From: the human T2T-CHM13v2.0 reference genome, Homo sapiens
Assembly: GCF_009914755.1 (NCBI RefSeq)
Contig: NC_060927.1
Strand: one strand, 5' to 3'
Length of the DNA stretch: 64,000 bases
Shown: one piece after another, positions 1-15,328 of the stretch
Position numbering within the stretch: position 1 is the first letter of the stretch
Layout of the letters: each line of letters opens with the position of its first letter
Notes under the pieces: model-generated
What the model saw: only the letters and a program-made list of their open reading frames with translations
What the model was told of the DNA's origin: nothing
The model's database searches: none
Program-made: the position numbers and the translations under genes

Positions 1-153
1 AAACACCTAAAAGCTTTGTTGAAACAGATTGTTGGGCTCCATCTTCAGAGTTCTGGTTTATTTGGTCTGGGGCAAGTCCCAAGAGTCTACATTTAACAAG
101 TTCCCAGGTGATACTAGTGCTACTGGTATGGGAACCTCGTTTTGAAAACCACG
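1..153. mobile_element. MER5A-like hAT-Charlie MITE (partial)
   Basis: cagattgttgggctcc...tttaacaagttcccaggtgat...tttgaaaaccac resembles the MER5A consensus. Confidence 0.7.
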
Positions 154-199
154 GGACGAGGCAGACCAAATCTGGGTAATCAAGCCATCATTCCATGTA

Positions 200-700
200 A
201 AGTCCCAGCTCAAATGTCACTTCTGCAGAGAGGCTTCTCTTAGCCATCCAATATAAAGTAGATAGATTCTCTAAATCAGGGGTCTGTGTTTCAAATCAGG
301 CCCCCTTCCTGTTTTTGTAAGTAAAGTTTTATTGTCACATGACCATGCCCATTTGTTCACCTATTGTCCAATGCCTGCTTTCACATTACAACATCAGAGT
401 TGGGTATTTGCCACTGAGACTGTACAATCCATGAAGCCTATATTTACTATCTAGATCTTTACAGACAAAGCCTGTCAACTCCTTGCTCTAGATCATATCA
501 CCCTTTCTTATTGCTTTGTTAATAGACGTCGGTCTCTGAATGTGTCTTGTTATTCAGCTATTAAGTTGTCTGCATCCTTCACTAAACTGTCAGCTCCACA
601 AAGGCAGAAGTACTTGCTTTTCTATTCACAGCTGTCCCCTAGTGCCTAGGAAAGTACTTGCCATATAGTTGGCACTCAAAAAATATTTGCTGAATGAATG
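200..700 (+). mobile_element. L2 LINE 3' fragment interrupted by MER58A
   Basis: cagctcaaatgtcacttctgcagagaggc and the L2 3' end ggcactcaaaaaatatttgctgaatgaatg. Confidence 0.7.
277..485 (+). mobile_element. MER58A-like hAT MITE with 8-bp TSD
   Basis: Termini CAGGGG...CCTTG; TSD ctctaaat (269-276) / ctctagat (486-493). Confidence 0.8.
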
Positions 701-3039
701 TCACTATTGAGTGCCCAGGTACGTGACGCTGTCTGTACCAGTAACATGAGAGCCCCTGGAGGAAGTACAGTAAAGCCAGGGTAAGAGAGTGAGAAGAGAT
801 AAGGATAAACAGAGATTGTCGATAGGGAAACAAATCTTTGAAGCAGGGCCATGCTGCTTCCTGCAGTGGTGGGGAAACTGGAGGTGGGGAAAAGATGAAT
901 TCCTTAGTCACTAAGGTCAACCTCAGATTAGGAGAAATTTCCCATCCCTAAGAATGAAAGAGACTGTGTGACTCATGCTGTTCCCCTCCTCCAACTCACA
1001 CCAAGTCTGCTTTCTTGGATCTGATTCCCTGAGTGGAGCAATGTGCATGCTCTTCACTGTGCATGAGGAAGGGGTGGAGGAGGAAAAGCCCACACGGGCA
1101 CTAGAGTCAGACAAATGGCTGGTTCAAGTGCTGTCTTTGTCCCTCGCTGACTGCGGCATCTTGGTCAAGTTTCTGATCCTGTGAGCCTCAATGATTTCAA
1201 TGGAGAAATAGAAGATTTTGTACCAAGGATTAAATGGGACTGTTTATTCACGCAAACCCTGTTTATTAAATGGCTAGCATGTGCCCAGCATTATTTTTGG
1301 TACTGAGCATAGAGTGGTGAATAAGACAATGTCCGTCTCTAACAGACTCACATTTTGGAAGGTAGTATGGACATAAATAAATGTAAGTAGAGTACTAGCT
1401 ATGAATTTAACATATGGAAGATGTCACCTCTGTAGTCAAATGGGGGCTCTCTGTTGCCCTATGTGCACCTGGGGCAGAAACATCAAGGGGATGGATGATT
1501 AAGTGCCTCCAATTTTCCAGGGGCAAGCAAGGTAGTTGGACTGTCCTGCCTTCATGTCCAGGGATGTCTTGGCAAGCACCGAGCACTGCATGGGCTCCAT
1601 TCGTGTCTCCCCAGTCTGCCAACACTCTCCCCAAATTCTTTGTGCACAAAGTTGGTACTGATTTTATTTCACTTCTGAGTTTCACTCAAATGAATACGTT
1701 AACTTCTGTAACAAATGAGATCTCTGCATAGTAGGCTTCTTCAGTAACAGCTCAAATACTGCCTCCCCAGAGACGCCGGACCTGACCCATCGGGCTAAAT
1801 TAGCCAATCCCCCCAGCACCCTGCTCCACATCAATGATCTCTGAAGCTGTTTTTTTGTTTTGTTTTGTTTTGTTTTTATAGGATACATTAAGTGAGAAGC
1901 AACTTGTAAAGCACCCAGGAAAATATCTGACACATGTAAGAGTTTTCTAAATATTTACAATCCTATTCTTAACATCACTATGTTTTTTTAAAAAAAAATC
2001 ACAACCTGAAATTATCTTATTTATTTGTTTTCTAATTATTTGTCTTTACTCTTCACATAACTACAGTGCAGTAGAAACCTTAAGTCTCTTGTTTACTGTT
2101 TTGTCCCCAGCGCCCAGAACACTGCCTGACACATAGTAGGTATAAAATAAATATCCTTAAATAGGTGAATGAGTGAACAGAAAAAGCCCAATGGCCATTT
2201 CCTTTTCACCCAATTTTCTAGCATGCTCTCTGATTTATTCCTTGGACTCTCATGGGGAAAATCAAGTGGAATGCTGCCAAGAAGCCCATAGCCAAACCAT
2301 TACAGACAGGTACTAACAAGGTTCCAACTGGCAGAGAGGCCAAATCAAGGAGCCTCTGCTGACCTGTTGATCCCCTAAGAGAGATGTGTAGAATATTCTT
2401 TGTGGGAAGACTCCCTTTGCACTCTGAGAAGCCTACAGAAAATTCCCCAAGGACTCATTCCTCCCAGGTCTGAGGACTGTGAGGCTGCAGGAGATCTCAG
2501 GCACCAAGGAAGGTGGGTGGCAGAGCTCAGTACTTCAGCAGATAATCCCAAAGCCTGCTTGGGGCATTAGAGGATTCAGAATCAAGAGGCTCCATCTGGG
2601 GCCCTGAATAACTTCCACAGGCTCCATAGAGCCAGAGAACTCCACTGGGACGAACTTGTATCTTTATAACAATCCCACAGCAGAAGGCCTGGGAAACAGA
2701 AAGGTTCCCATATTGGCAGAATTCAAAATTACCTTATGAAAACCTTTTGAGAAGGCTGAGAAGGACTCTAGGATTGCTACAAACCCTATGCTTAATCCGC
2801 CTTCTCCATCTCCACGTAACCTCCCTCTTTCCCGGAAGCCAAACGTTCCTTCTGCTCCTCTTTGAGCTGACTCAGGGCAATAGTAATTAGTTAGTCACAT
2901 ACTACTATTTCACAAGAAAGATGGGAAGGAAACAACTGACTTATTGAGCAACTTCTACGTGCAGACAGAGGGCCAGGAGCATTATAAGCACTCTCTCATC
3001 CATGGCCAGATCAGCCCTGTGATCTCCAGGTCTAATAGT

Positions 3040-3270
3040 ACCGGCTCCAAAGTCAGGTTGTCTGAGATTATATCTGTCTCTGCTACTCATTAGCTGTGTG
3101 ATCTTGGGCAAGTTATTTAACTCCTCTGAGCCTTGCTTTACTCACCCTACGGTGAAGACAGGAAGAGTAATTACTAAATAATGTTGGTTGAGTATTAAAT
3201 GAGACAATGCATGCAAAGTGTTTAAAAGGATGGTGGGTCCATAGCAAGTGTTCAATGAGAGTTTAATTAC
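3040..3270 (+). mobile_element. MIR SINE
   Basis: MIR core tagctgtgtgatcttgggcaagttatttaactcctctgagcct...taaatgagacaatgcatgcaaagtg. Confidence 0.75.
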
Positions 3271-3829
3271 TTTTCCATCATCATTGTCATCTTCATCAAG
3301 AGGAAACTGAGGGTCCCAGAGATTTAACAACTTTACTGTGGTCAGAAAGTAGTGGAGTAGTAGAGAGATTTGCCTGATTCCGGAAGCAAGGCTCTTCCCA
3401 CTGGACCAGGCTGTTTCCTCCTCATGCCATGGCTCCCACTGGGCTCCCGAGATTCGGATGGGGACATAAATGGTGCCTGGGTTTGGATACACAGTGGGCT
3501 TCTGCCAGACCCACTGCTCCTCCCACCCTGCTCCAGACCCAGAGACTTGGAGCTGGTGGAGCTGCCTCAGGTTTGCTAAATGCAGCCGTTGGCAAGATGT
3601 CACCCTCTCTGGCCTTTTGCAACCTAAGCAAACTCTGAAGCAATTGGGATGTTCAGGGGAATCTGCTTAGAATACAAATCTTTAGGAGCAGCCGAGGGAA
3701 CAGAAATAATTGATATGGAATAACCCTTTATGTCGAAAATAATGCCAAAGGCTTTTATCTCTTCAGTGTGATGCGACCTGAACATTTCTGGTTCTACAGA
3801 GGACCCCTGCCGTTGGCCTATCTCTTAAC

Positions 3830-4130
3830 AGATGTTTGCTCGGTGCTGGCCATGTGTCAGGCACTATGCTAGGTGCTGGGAGGATTCCGAAACAAGAAAG
3901 CATGCAAGATTCCTGCCCTCCTGGGCCTTAAAGGAAAGTAGGGAAGCCAAACATTAAATAAATAATTATACCAATAAGTATCTAATTACAAGTTTTATAA
4001 GTGTTAATAACAAAAATTGCAGGGTTTGCTACAAAGCATGTAACTGAGGACCTAATCTTGTATTAGGGGCCAGCCAAAGTAGTTCTTTGAGGAGATACAT
4101 TTAATCTGACACCTGATGGATGAGTAATAG
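3830..4130 (-). mobile_element. L2 fragment
   Basis: catgtgtcaggcactatgctaggtgctggg, the L2 3' region in antisense. Confidence 0.6.
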
Positions 4131-4814
4131 TCACTAAAATAAAAGCCAAATAAAGAATTTTATACACTCCCAAAAGAGATATTTTACAGCTTTACAAGGC
4201 TCAAATCCAACTAATTCACCCCTGTCTCTGGGTAGTACTGGATGTTCTATTTTACCACTTATGAGACAATGCTTTGGAAAGCCAAAAACTAGGCAGTCAC
4301 ACTTGGTATCTACCCTTCATCCTTCCTGCGACAGTTTGAAGTGAGAGTTGAGTGTTCTGGATGATGAATCTAATTGCAACTTATTCTGTGCTAAAACATA
4401 GTTATGGTCAAGGTAAAATTACTAACCTTTGGAGATATTCATATTTAAGTACCCTCCATGAACACTTGGGAGCATCCAAAACATCAATGAAAAAGACATC
4501 CACTCAGGAGAAACAATCTGATGGCCTCTTCAGAGTTTCATGGAGCAGCAAGGACGAGAACTAATATAAAATCCACTTGCATCCAATGAAAGCTATCCAC
4601 CCACAAGACATACCAGTTATGATCTTCCTGGAGAGTGGTGTAGCATCATGAATCTAAAACCTTAGAGAAGCTTACACATGACCACTACACCTCCAGAAAT
4701 TACGCTTATGGAAAGGAGCAGGCACATGTATAAAATGCATAAGGTTAGCTGCTGCTGTCTTGTAATATAGAGGAAAGCTGCCAATAAATGCAAGTGGTCA
4801 AAACTAAACCCTCA

Positions 4815-5030
4815 GCTCCATGGTGCTCAATGATGGTATCTTGGCATTTGAGATGGGTCCATTCTCCTTTGCACAGGATCATCTGGTACTTTTTGGGATG
4901 CTTAGCATCTCAAGGACCCATGCATAGGCTAGTGGAGTCCCCTAGTCATTTAGACAGTAATTGCCCTCTCCCAAACATACATTTCCAAATGCCCTCTAGA
5001 GGCAGTGGTACCACTCCAGGTTAGAACCTA
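4815..5030. mobile_element. MER20/MER20B-like hAT element
   Basis: Degenerate termini catggtgctcaa...ggttagaacctac and internal ccaaatgccctctagaggcag. Confidence 0.45.
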
Positions 5031-5214
5031 CCAATAGAAAACTATCGAACCATTACAAAGGATAATCCAGATCGAAATATACTGATGCAGAAAAATGTTC
5101 ACAATATAAGGCCTAGAAAAGACAGCTCAAGATAAGTGGAGAGCGTCATCACATTTTTGTCCAAATCAAAGCAGAAATATACTCCTACACACATAGAAAC
5201 TTGAATATACAGGC

Positions 5215-5564
5215 TGATATGGTTTGGCTGTGTCCCCACCCAAATCTCATCCTGCATTCCCATGTGTTGTGGGAGGTACCCAGTGGGAGGTAATTGAATC
5301 ATTGGGGCAGGTCTTTCCCATGATGGCCTCGTGATAGTAAGTCTCACGAGATCTGATGGTTACTATAAGGAGGAGTTTTCCTGCAAAAGCTCTCTTTGCT
5401 TGCTGCCGTCCATGTAAGACATGACTTGCTCCTCCTTGCTTTCTGCCATCACTGTGAGACTTCCCCAGCCATGTGGAACTGTAAGTCCAGTTAAATCTCT
5501 TTCCTTTGTAAATTGTCCAGTCTTGGGTATGTCTTTATCAGTAGTGTGAAAACAGACTAATGCA
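5215..5564 (+). mobile_element. THE1A/B-type MaLR solo LTR
   Basis: TGATATGGTTTGGCTGTGTCCCCACCCAAATCTCATC...GACTAATGCA; perfect 5-bp TSD caggc (5210-5214 / 5565-5569). Confidence 0.92.
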
Positions 5565-6019
5565 CAGGCAAAAAGGTTGAAACACAATTTTCCTTGGTTG
5601 GTGGAATTGTGAGTGATTTTTATTTGCTTTCCTGGATGTCTCACATTTTTTCTTTTCTTTTTTAATGAACAAGTCTCCCTTTTATAAAAGAGGAAAAAGT
5701 TCTTTTTGGTTTAGAGAACAAAAAGCTGACCCTCCACAGCCAGCTGGTCATGCAGCTCCAATTCTCATTTTGATTTAGTGAAGATGGCAGGATCTGCCTC
5801 AGGGATCTGCTCAAGCAACGTGGGATCCCCACTTTTTCACTCTGCTGAATACTTGACCATATTACAAGGCAACAACTGTTCTAAGCTGGAACTAGAGCAT
5901 GGTAGGTGCTCAATAAATGTTTGCTAAATTGAGTCATCCTTTTTTGTCTTGATTGGGCCAGAATTCTGCTGAGATGTCCTCCAGTTTTTAACATCACTTC
6001 CACCCAGTGATCCTCCTAT

Positions 6020-6203
6020 TCCCCAGGAACATTGGGTAACGTCTGGAGACATGTTTGGTTACCTCAAATGGGAAGTGCTTTTGGTATCCAGTGGGTAGAG
6101 GCCAAGGATGCTGCTAAGCATCCTACACAATGCAGAGGACAGTCACCACAGAAAAGAATTATCCTGTCCAAAATGTCAACAGTGCTGAGGCTGAGAAATC
6201 CTC
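6020..6203 (+). mobile_element. MER20 hAT MITE
   Basis: gtctggagacatgtttggtt...gtgggtagaggccaaggatgctgctaa...aaaatgtcaacagtgctgaggctgagaaa. Confidence 0.8.
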
Positions 6204-6361
6204 TTCATCATCTGCCCTTCTTATAGCTTGTTAATTATTTTCTAAGTTCCTATTTTAATATTATCTACTGTAAATGTATCATCCTAGCACCTCAAAGAGA
6301 TACGGTATACACTATTCACTGTTTGAGTTTGAAATGAAATTGAAGCCTTAAGAATGTCTTC

Positions 6362-6662
6362 AGACCAGGCGTGGTGGCCCATCCTGTAATCTCAGCACTT
6401 TGGGAGCATTGCTTGAGGTCAGGAGTTCAAGACCAGCCTGGGCAACATAGTGAGACCCCCTTCTGTACAAAAAATACAAAAATTAGCTGGGTGTGGCAGC
6501 ATGTGCCTGCAGTCCCAGCTACTTAGGACTGAGACAAGAGGATTCCCTTGAGCCCAGGAGTTCAAGGTTGCAGTGAGCTATGATCGTACCACTGCCCTCC
6601 AGCCTGGGTGGCAGCAAAACCCTGTCTCTTAAAAAAATAAAAATAAACAAAAAAGTAAAAAA
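6362..6662 (+). mobile_element. AluJ-type SINE (small left-arm deletion)
   Basis: Dimeric Alu with J-type ttgagcccaggagttcaaggttgcagtgagctatgat and A-rich tail. Confidence 0.9.
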
Positions 6663-8736
6663 GACTTCAGATGATCAACTAGGGGCATATTCCAGCCCTC
6701 TGTTCTGCTACCATTAAACCCCTTATTTGGAGTGAGCAGAGGCAAAGGATCTGAACAACTTCTCTGATCAGTTTTCAGTTCAGTCATTAGAGATCACAAG
6801 ATAAATGCCTTTCCTTTCTGGCATCATCTGTTATATTTATTATTTTCCCACTATTTTTAAAAGGCTGGGTTTTACAGCTAGTGCATTTTTATGAAATTAA
6901 ATGTCCGTATTCGAGAACACTTCCCTAAAAGGGAGGGGACTTTCGTTTACATTATATTCAATTGAAGGCATTTCTCAGGAGAAATAAAATAATAAAGAGT
7001 ATCACCTGAAGGTATATTACCAACCTACGACCTGGGAGTGAAATGAAAGGTTTCTAACAAAAATGAAAGTACATTACTCTCAACCCTAACTGGTCTTTAA
7101 TATTTTTGCCTCCAGGACAAAGCATTTTTACACTCACTATAATTTCTCTTGATAGAAAAATAGACTTTCTCAGACAGCTAATATGATATTAAACATCAGA
7201 ATTTTTATTAGTGAACGGCATTTAGGAACTCAATTTTTTCTTACAGCATACTATACAGCTTTCTAAAAAAAAACCTTTAAATTCATAAACAGTGCTATAC
7301 GTAATAGACTTTAAAAGATCTTCCAATTTACAAATTTGAAGCCCATTTCTTACATGCAATATGACCCCTTCAAACACCATTAATATAGATGCATATTTTA
7401 TTAGGCGCTATAGAATTCTTAAAATAACTTGAGAAGATTGTCTCTCTCTGCAGAGCTATTTCCTTTTCTAATCATCTGTGTCATAAAGATTTGAGTAAGT
7501 GTAGGAAATAGGGAAAACCATCCAAAGAACAACAGAATTATTAGAGATAGGACTACCCTTTCATTTGACATAATTCAAACCACTTGTTCAATGGCACTAA
7601 TGACTTTCTTTCAAAACAAATCAAAGACATTTCAGATTTATGCTTCCCAAAGACATTCATTTTGGATGAGTCAAGGGACCTCCAAAAATACCATTAGCAC
7701 TCACTTTTGAAATCATAAATTTAATCAAAACCCTAGCTTCTGCAATTGTCTTTTTTCTTGGGTCAATATGAGTAGAACGTTTTCTCTGAATCTGCATTTC
7801 AGGGAATGACGTTTAATGGTCTTAGAGAAAACTCTATTTAAGCAGGAAACTGACAAAAGCTTAACTTTGGAAAATTCAGAGCCCAATTTAGCAAGAAGCA
7901 ACATCCTTCAGGTAAACAAAAGAAAGATGGGCTGCTTAAAGCAGAAGTTGTTGGAAATAAGGTTAGCAAGAAAATGAAACAAGCTCACTGGTGTATCTAG
8001 GTATGAAAACACACTGTTCAAGTACTGGTGGTAGAATGGCAATGTCAAACAAAGTTATGCGGTCAGCCACTACCCTCTCTGAGTGTCTAAACAAACTCAA
8101 TCAAACACTCTCGTTCTTCTTAAACTAATTATTTAATAATAAAATCTTTACTAAAACAGAAGATATAACCTCAACTCACAGACTGGGAGAAAGCACTCAT
8201 TTCTTCCTGTTAATAACCCAACAGAGAATTGCCTTCAATTCTCATGGAGATTATTTTCTGGGAGTGTTTCTATTCTAAGACATTTTCTCCCCTGTAGTGA
8301 GAATTAGAACAGAGATCACAAAACGGAAGTGCCTGTAGGTTTCAGGAAGGTAACACAAAAGAATAAAAAGGACTTTGTAGAGACTCGGATGATTCGGTAT
8401 AATCAAGTTTTGTTTTGTCTAAAAGGAATGGCCATCACTCAACTCCAACCAATTATATCCTTACAGGAATGAGATTCCAGATCTTCAAAATTTCAAGACA
8501 TAAACTTTTACATGAAAAAATCTCTAATTTTGAAGTATTAGTAGCTAATTAAATTTTAAAACAATACCTTGCTGGCTAAACAAATCCTACCGTGTCCCTG
8601 ATTTCATCTGCCAATTTGCAACTTCAAAATTAGAAGAAAATGAGCAATGGCTAATCAATGAGTTTATATTAGTATCACTACTCTTAAGTTATGAGTGAAT
8701 TCTTGGGTTCTTCTTTATTATAAATAATTTTCTCTA

Positions 8737-9454
8737 TCCGGTCTGTCATTGATGGGCATTTAGGCTCATGCCATGTCTTTACTATTATGAATAGTGCTGC
8801 AATGAACATACGTGTGCATGTGTCTTTACAATAGAATGATTTATATTCCTTTGGGTATGTAACCAGTAATGGGATTGCTGGGTCAAATGGTATTAACGTT
8901 TTTAGGTCTTTGAGGAATTGTCACACTGTCTTCCACAATGGCCGAACTCATTTACGCTCCCACCAACAATGTATAAGCGTTCCTTTAAGTATCTGTTCAT
9001 GACCTTTGCCCACTTTTTAATGGGATTGTTTGATTTTTCTTGTAAATTTGTTTGAGTTCCTTATAGAGTCTACATATTAGACTCATACACACAATAGAAT
9101 ACTATGCAGCCATAAAAAAGTACAAGATCATATCCTTTGGAGGAACATGCACAGAGTTGGAGGCCATTACCCTTAGCAAACTAATGGAGAAACAAAACCA
9201 AATACTGCATGTTCTCATGCAGTGGGAGCTAAATGATGAGAACACATGGACACATAGTGGGGAACAACACACACTGCGCCCTACCACAGAGTGAAGGCTG
9301 GGAGGAGGGAGAGGGTCAGGAAAAATAACTAATGGGTACTAGGCTTAATATCTGGGTGATGAAATAATCTGTACAACAAACTCCCATGACACCAGTCTAC
9401 CTGTGTGACAAACTTGCACATGTACCCATGAACTGAAAATAAAGTTAAAAAAAA
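8737..9454 (+). mobile_element. 5'-inverted (twin-primed) old primate L1, L1PA15/16-like
   Basis: 8737 to about 9083 is antisense L1; about 9084-9454 is the sense 3' end with poly(A). 15-bp TSD aaataattttctcta (8722-8736) / aaagaattttcccta (9455-9469). Confidence 0.85.
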
Positions 9455-9518
9455 AAAGAATTTTCCCTAAAAGCATTATCACACCTAAAGTTTCCAAGTT
9501 AAAATTTCAAGGGCTGAT

Positions 9519-9853
<335 letters not shown>

Positions 9854-10294
9854 AAAATTTCAAGGGCTGTTTAAACTTTAAAACGTTTTTGTTGGACATA
9901 GAGAAGATGTCCTGAGAAAGAAATTTTATGTGTCAGAGGAAGTCAACAGTGGTCAAACACTTCAGATTCTGGCACTTCAGATTCTCACAGGAAACATCAT
10001 GAAAATACCCAGCTTATAAAAGAGCTTCTTAAACAACATGGGGCTGGTGGAGGAGAAAATTTGAAGTACCAAGAAATACAAGAGGCTGTATTTCACTGAG
10101 AAAAATGTGGTACACCTCTGAGATGTTTCTAGACAATCCTGGTAACAGTTAATAATGACAATACAGAATGAATTAGCAATGGATCACTCCTGGCTCAATT
10201 TCATTTCCCTTCCTCATTTTCCACTGGGGCCCCTGGCATCTTCAACATATTTAGCCCTACCACTTCTCTGAATCAGCAAAGTCTACTCTTCCTA

Positions 10295-10624
<330 letters not shown>

Positions 10625-12041
10625 TCACTAGCCCCTGGATCCCAAACCATAAACACATTCCTTGGCAATGGGCATCGGGCAAAGGCATCGCGAGCAGTGT
10701 TCCAGAACATGACTGTCTTTGCAGAGGGCGTGGTACACGCATGTGAAAACAGCATGAAAGGTCAGAGGCCACCAGGTAAGCATGCTAAGGGTGTTTACAT
10801 GTGGACCCCAGCCTTCTCTTCTAAATCAATACCCCAAGAGGAATGGTAATATAGTTTTTATTTTACTAGGTAGACCACTGGATATGGCCCATGACCACAA
10901 TTTCCTTGACTGCAATAGCAATTAAATATACATAATACATATGTTGACCTGAAGTGTTACTTGTAGATTTAACAAATACTGACAACATACTGCTTTTATA
11001 AAAGGTTCCTAAGCCCTGGAAAATGGAGAAAATGGTTTTAAAAATGCAGGTAAAATGTTCTTTAAGAAGAAGAGCAAACATACATATTTTTTCTCATGAA
11101 ACGTATCTGGCCCTAAGATCTCATAGGAAAGACAATTTCACCTCCATTAAAGATCCCTGTAGGTTTGGAATTCTAATTAGAAACCCAAATTTTCCCTATG
11201 TTGGTGGGGTTTTTTATATACAAGAAGATCATGCATGTGAATTATTTCAAAAGGTAGCAGCCAAAGATAAAAATCTCCCAAACTGAACATTTCTCTTTTA
11301 AGGTTACCATCTGTTCTCTTATCCATAGCTACAGAAATGATGAAGCAATAAATATGTTGATGTCAGCAACACAAAAGCATTTCTAGCTTCCACCAATAAA
11401 ATAAAAAGAGAGAAAAAAAGAATAGAGGAGGAAAATTTTAAGGAAATAAGTTATTCCATGTTCACTCTTTTTAAAATTATTAGTTTCCGTAGCACCTTAT
11501 AAAGGTGATAAAAGAGCCCAGAATTTTAATCCCCAGATGTGCCTGAACGTTCTGATAACAGCTTTGTGAAGATACAATGTACAAACCATAAAACTCACCA
11601 TTTCAAAGTGTACAATTCATGGACTCTCAATACATTCGGAATTGTGAATCATCACTATCTAATTTTCATCCCCTCCCCAAAAGAAACCCCAGGAGCATTG
11701 GCAGTTATTTCCCATATCCCTCTGCCCCCAGGCTCTAACAACCACTAATCTATTTTCTGTCTCTGTGGTTTTGCCTATTTTGGACATTTCATATAAATGC
11801 AATCATATAATATGTGGTTCTTTTGAAGTTGGCTTCTTTCACACAGAATGACTTTTCAAGGTTAATCCAAGTTATAGCATGTATCAATCCTTCATCCCCT
11901 TTTATTGTTGAATAATATGCCATTGTATAGATATACCACATTTTCATTGATCAGTTGTGCACATTTGGACTATTTTCACCTATGGCTTTTATGAATAATG
12001 ATGCTCTGATTACTTATGTATAATTTTTTGTGTGGATATTT

Positions 12042-12503
<462 letters not shown>

Positions 12504-12519
12504 GGATATATGTTTTTAA

Positions 12520-12817
<298 letters not shown>

Positions 12818-14227
12818 AAAGTTTTTAATTCTTTTGGGTATATTCCTAGAAATGAAATTGCTAGGTCATGTGGCAACTTTAGATTTAACATTTTGAGGAA
12901 CTCCCAAATTGTTTTCACAAAATATCTGTACCTTTGTACATTCCCACCACTGATGAATGAGTGTTCCATTTTCTCCATATTCTTGTCACATTTGTTATTG
13001 TCTGTCTTCTTTTATTGTAGCTACTATAGTGGGTATAAAACAGTATTTAATTGTGGTTTTGATTTGCATTTCCCTAACGTCTAATGATGTTGAATATCTT
13101 TTTATGTGCTTATTATGTATCTTCTTAGAATAGAGACATGTCTATACAAATCCTTAGTCCATTTTTTTTCATTGGGTTGTGTTCTAATTGTTGAGTTATA
13201 AGCTTTCTTCACATATTTTCTGGATACAAGTCCTTTATCAGATATGTGATAGGAACATTTTTTCTTCCATTTTGTGGACTGTCTTTTCACTTTCTTGATG
13301 ACATCTGTTGAGCACAAAAGTTTTTAATTTTTATGAAGTCTAATTTTGTTGTTGTTGCTGTTGCTTTTGTTTTTTTAATCATTTCTAAGAAGCCATTGCA
13401 TAACTCACGGTCATAAAGATGTATTCTTACATTTTAATTTAAGAGATTTATGGCTTTGGCTCTTACATTTAGGTCTATGGTCCATTTTGAGTTAATTTTT
13501 GTATATGGCACTAAGTAGGAGTCCACCTTCATTCTCATGTGGCTATCCAGTTCTTTCAGCACTATTTATTGAAAAGAATAATCTTTCCCATTGAATTGTC
13601 TTGGTACCCTTGTCAAAAAATCTACTGACCATAGCTGTAAGAGTTTATTCTGGACATTCAGTTCTATTCCAGTGGTCTGTATGTCCCTCCTTGTGCCAGT
13701 ACCACACTGTCTGGATGACTGCAGTTCTGCGGTAAGTTTTAAAATCATGAAGTATATATGAGTCAAGCAATTTTTGTTCTTCTCTTAAAAAACTGTTTTG
13801 GCTCTTCTTCATCCCTTGCATTTGCATTCATAAAATATGAATTTTAGGATTAGTTTGTCAATTTGTGCAAAAAAAAGCCAACTAGAGTTTTGATAGAGAT
13901 ACACTGACTATGTAGATCAATTTATTAATCTGAAGAGTATTGCCATTTTAATGATATTAAGTCTGCCAATCCATGAACACAGGCTACCTTTCCATTTACT
14001 TCAATCTAATTTCTTTCAATTATATTTTGTGGTTTTTAGGCACAAGGCTTGCACTTCTTTTAAGTTTATTCTTAAGTATTTTATTCTTTTTGATGCTACT
14101 GTAATTAGAATTGTTCTCAATTTCACTTTCAGGTAGTTATTGTATAGAAACATAAATGATATTTATATTGATGTTAAATCATACAATCTTGCTAAAATCA
14201 TTTATTAGTTGTATTAGTTTAGGTACT

Positions 14228-14268
<41 letters not shown>
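14228..14268. repeat. (TG)n microsatellite
   Basis: About 20 TG units read directly. Confidence 0.95.
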
Positions 14269-14270
<2 letters not shown>

Positions 14271-15328
14271 TCTTTAGAATTTTCTATATATAAGACCATA
14301 TCATGTGCAAATAGAGAGTTTTACTTTTTCCTTTTTAATCTGATGTCTTTTATTTCTTTATCATATCTTATTGCCCTGGTTAGAACCTCCAGTACAATGT
14401 TCAACAGAAGTAGCAAGGGTGGACATCTTTGTTGTGTTCTTGATCTTAAGGGAAAGCACCAGTCTTTCAGCATTAAGTATTATGTTAGCCATGAGTTATT
14501 TGTACATGCTCTTTATCAGGTAGAGGAAGTTCTCTTCTATGCTAGTTTGTTGTTTTTACCACAAAAGGGTGTTGGAGTTTGTCAAATGCATTTTCTGCAT
14601 CTATCAAGATGATTAGTTATTTTATGTCTTTATTCTATTAATGTGTTGTGCCTAAATTTCAACATAAAAATGTACTTGAAGAAACGAAATCAGTTTAGTC
14701 TAACCAAACTGATTTTGGCTTGTCAGATTCCCCCACTTTCTGCTTCTCATCAAATCAGAAATATACACCAGACAGAATGCACACCTTGGATCTCGTTTGC
14801 ATCTCCAACTCAAAGAAGTTCCATCCAAACCCTGGTTGTTGCTTTTAAAAATAGTCAGAGCTCATTTGAATAGTAACTCTTTAATTAATCAGCTACTGCA
14901 CAATGGTCAGGTCTGTTGGGAAGCAGTCAGTTTATTTCTCCAAGAAATTTTTATGCCAGTTTATGACTTAAGGAAAAACAAGTTTCAATGTGTTTAAGTA
15001 AGTTGACTAAGCTCTTTGGTGACTAATGCTTTTTACTAGAAAGTCATACTTGAACATCAAAATGTAGAAAACTTTTACCAAATTCAGTCCCAAAATATCC
15101 ACCAATTAAACTCATTTATTCACATACTAATTATGCAGGGAAGAGCACACTAATGCCGGATGGACATGATTTAACGAACTGAGGATCCAGGAGAAGGAAT
15201 AAAGATAACAAGAAAACAAAGGAGGAGTGCAGAATCAGATCCAGAATGAGCATCGACAAGTAGAAGGATAAACAGAAAAGAGACGATGGGGAGGGCTGAG
15301 GCCCCATGTGGTCATTCAACAAATAACT

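Noticed and set aside
3142-3670. Longest ORF (153 aa) and overlapping ORFs
   Set aside because: Runs through MIR fragments, has no recognisable domain and no convincing exon structure.
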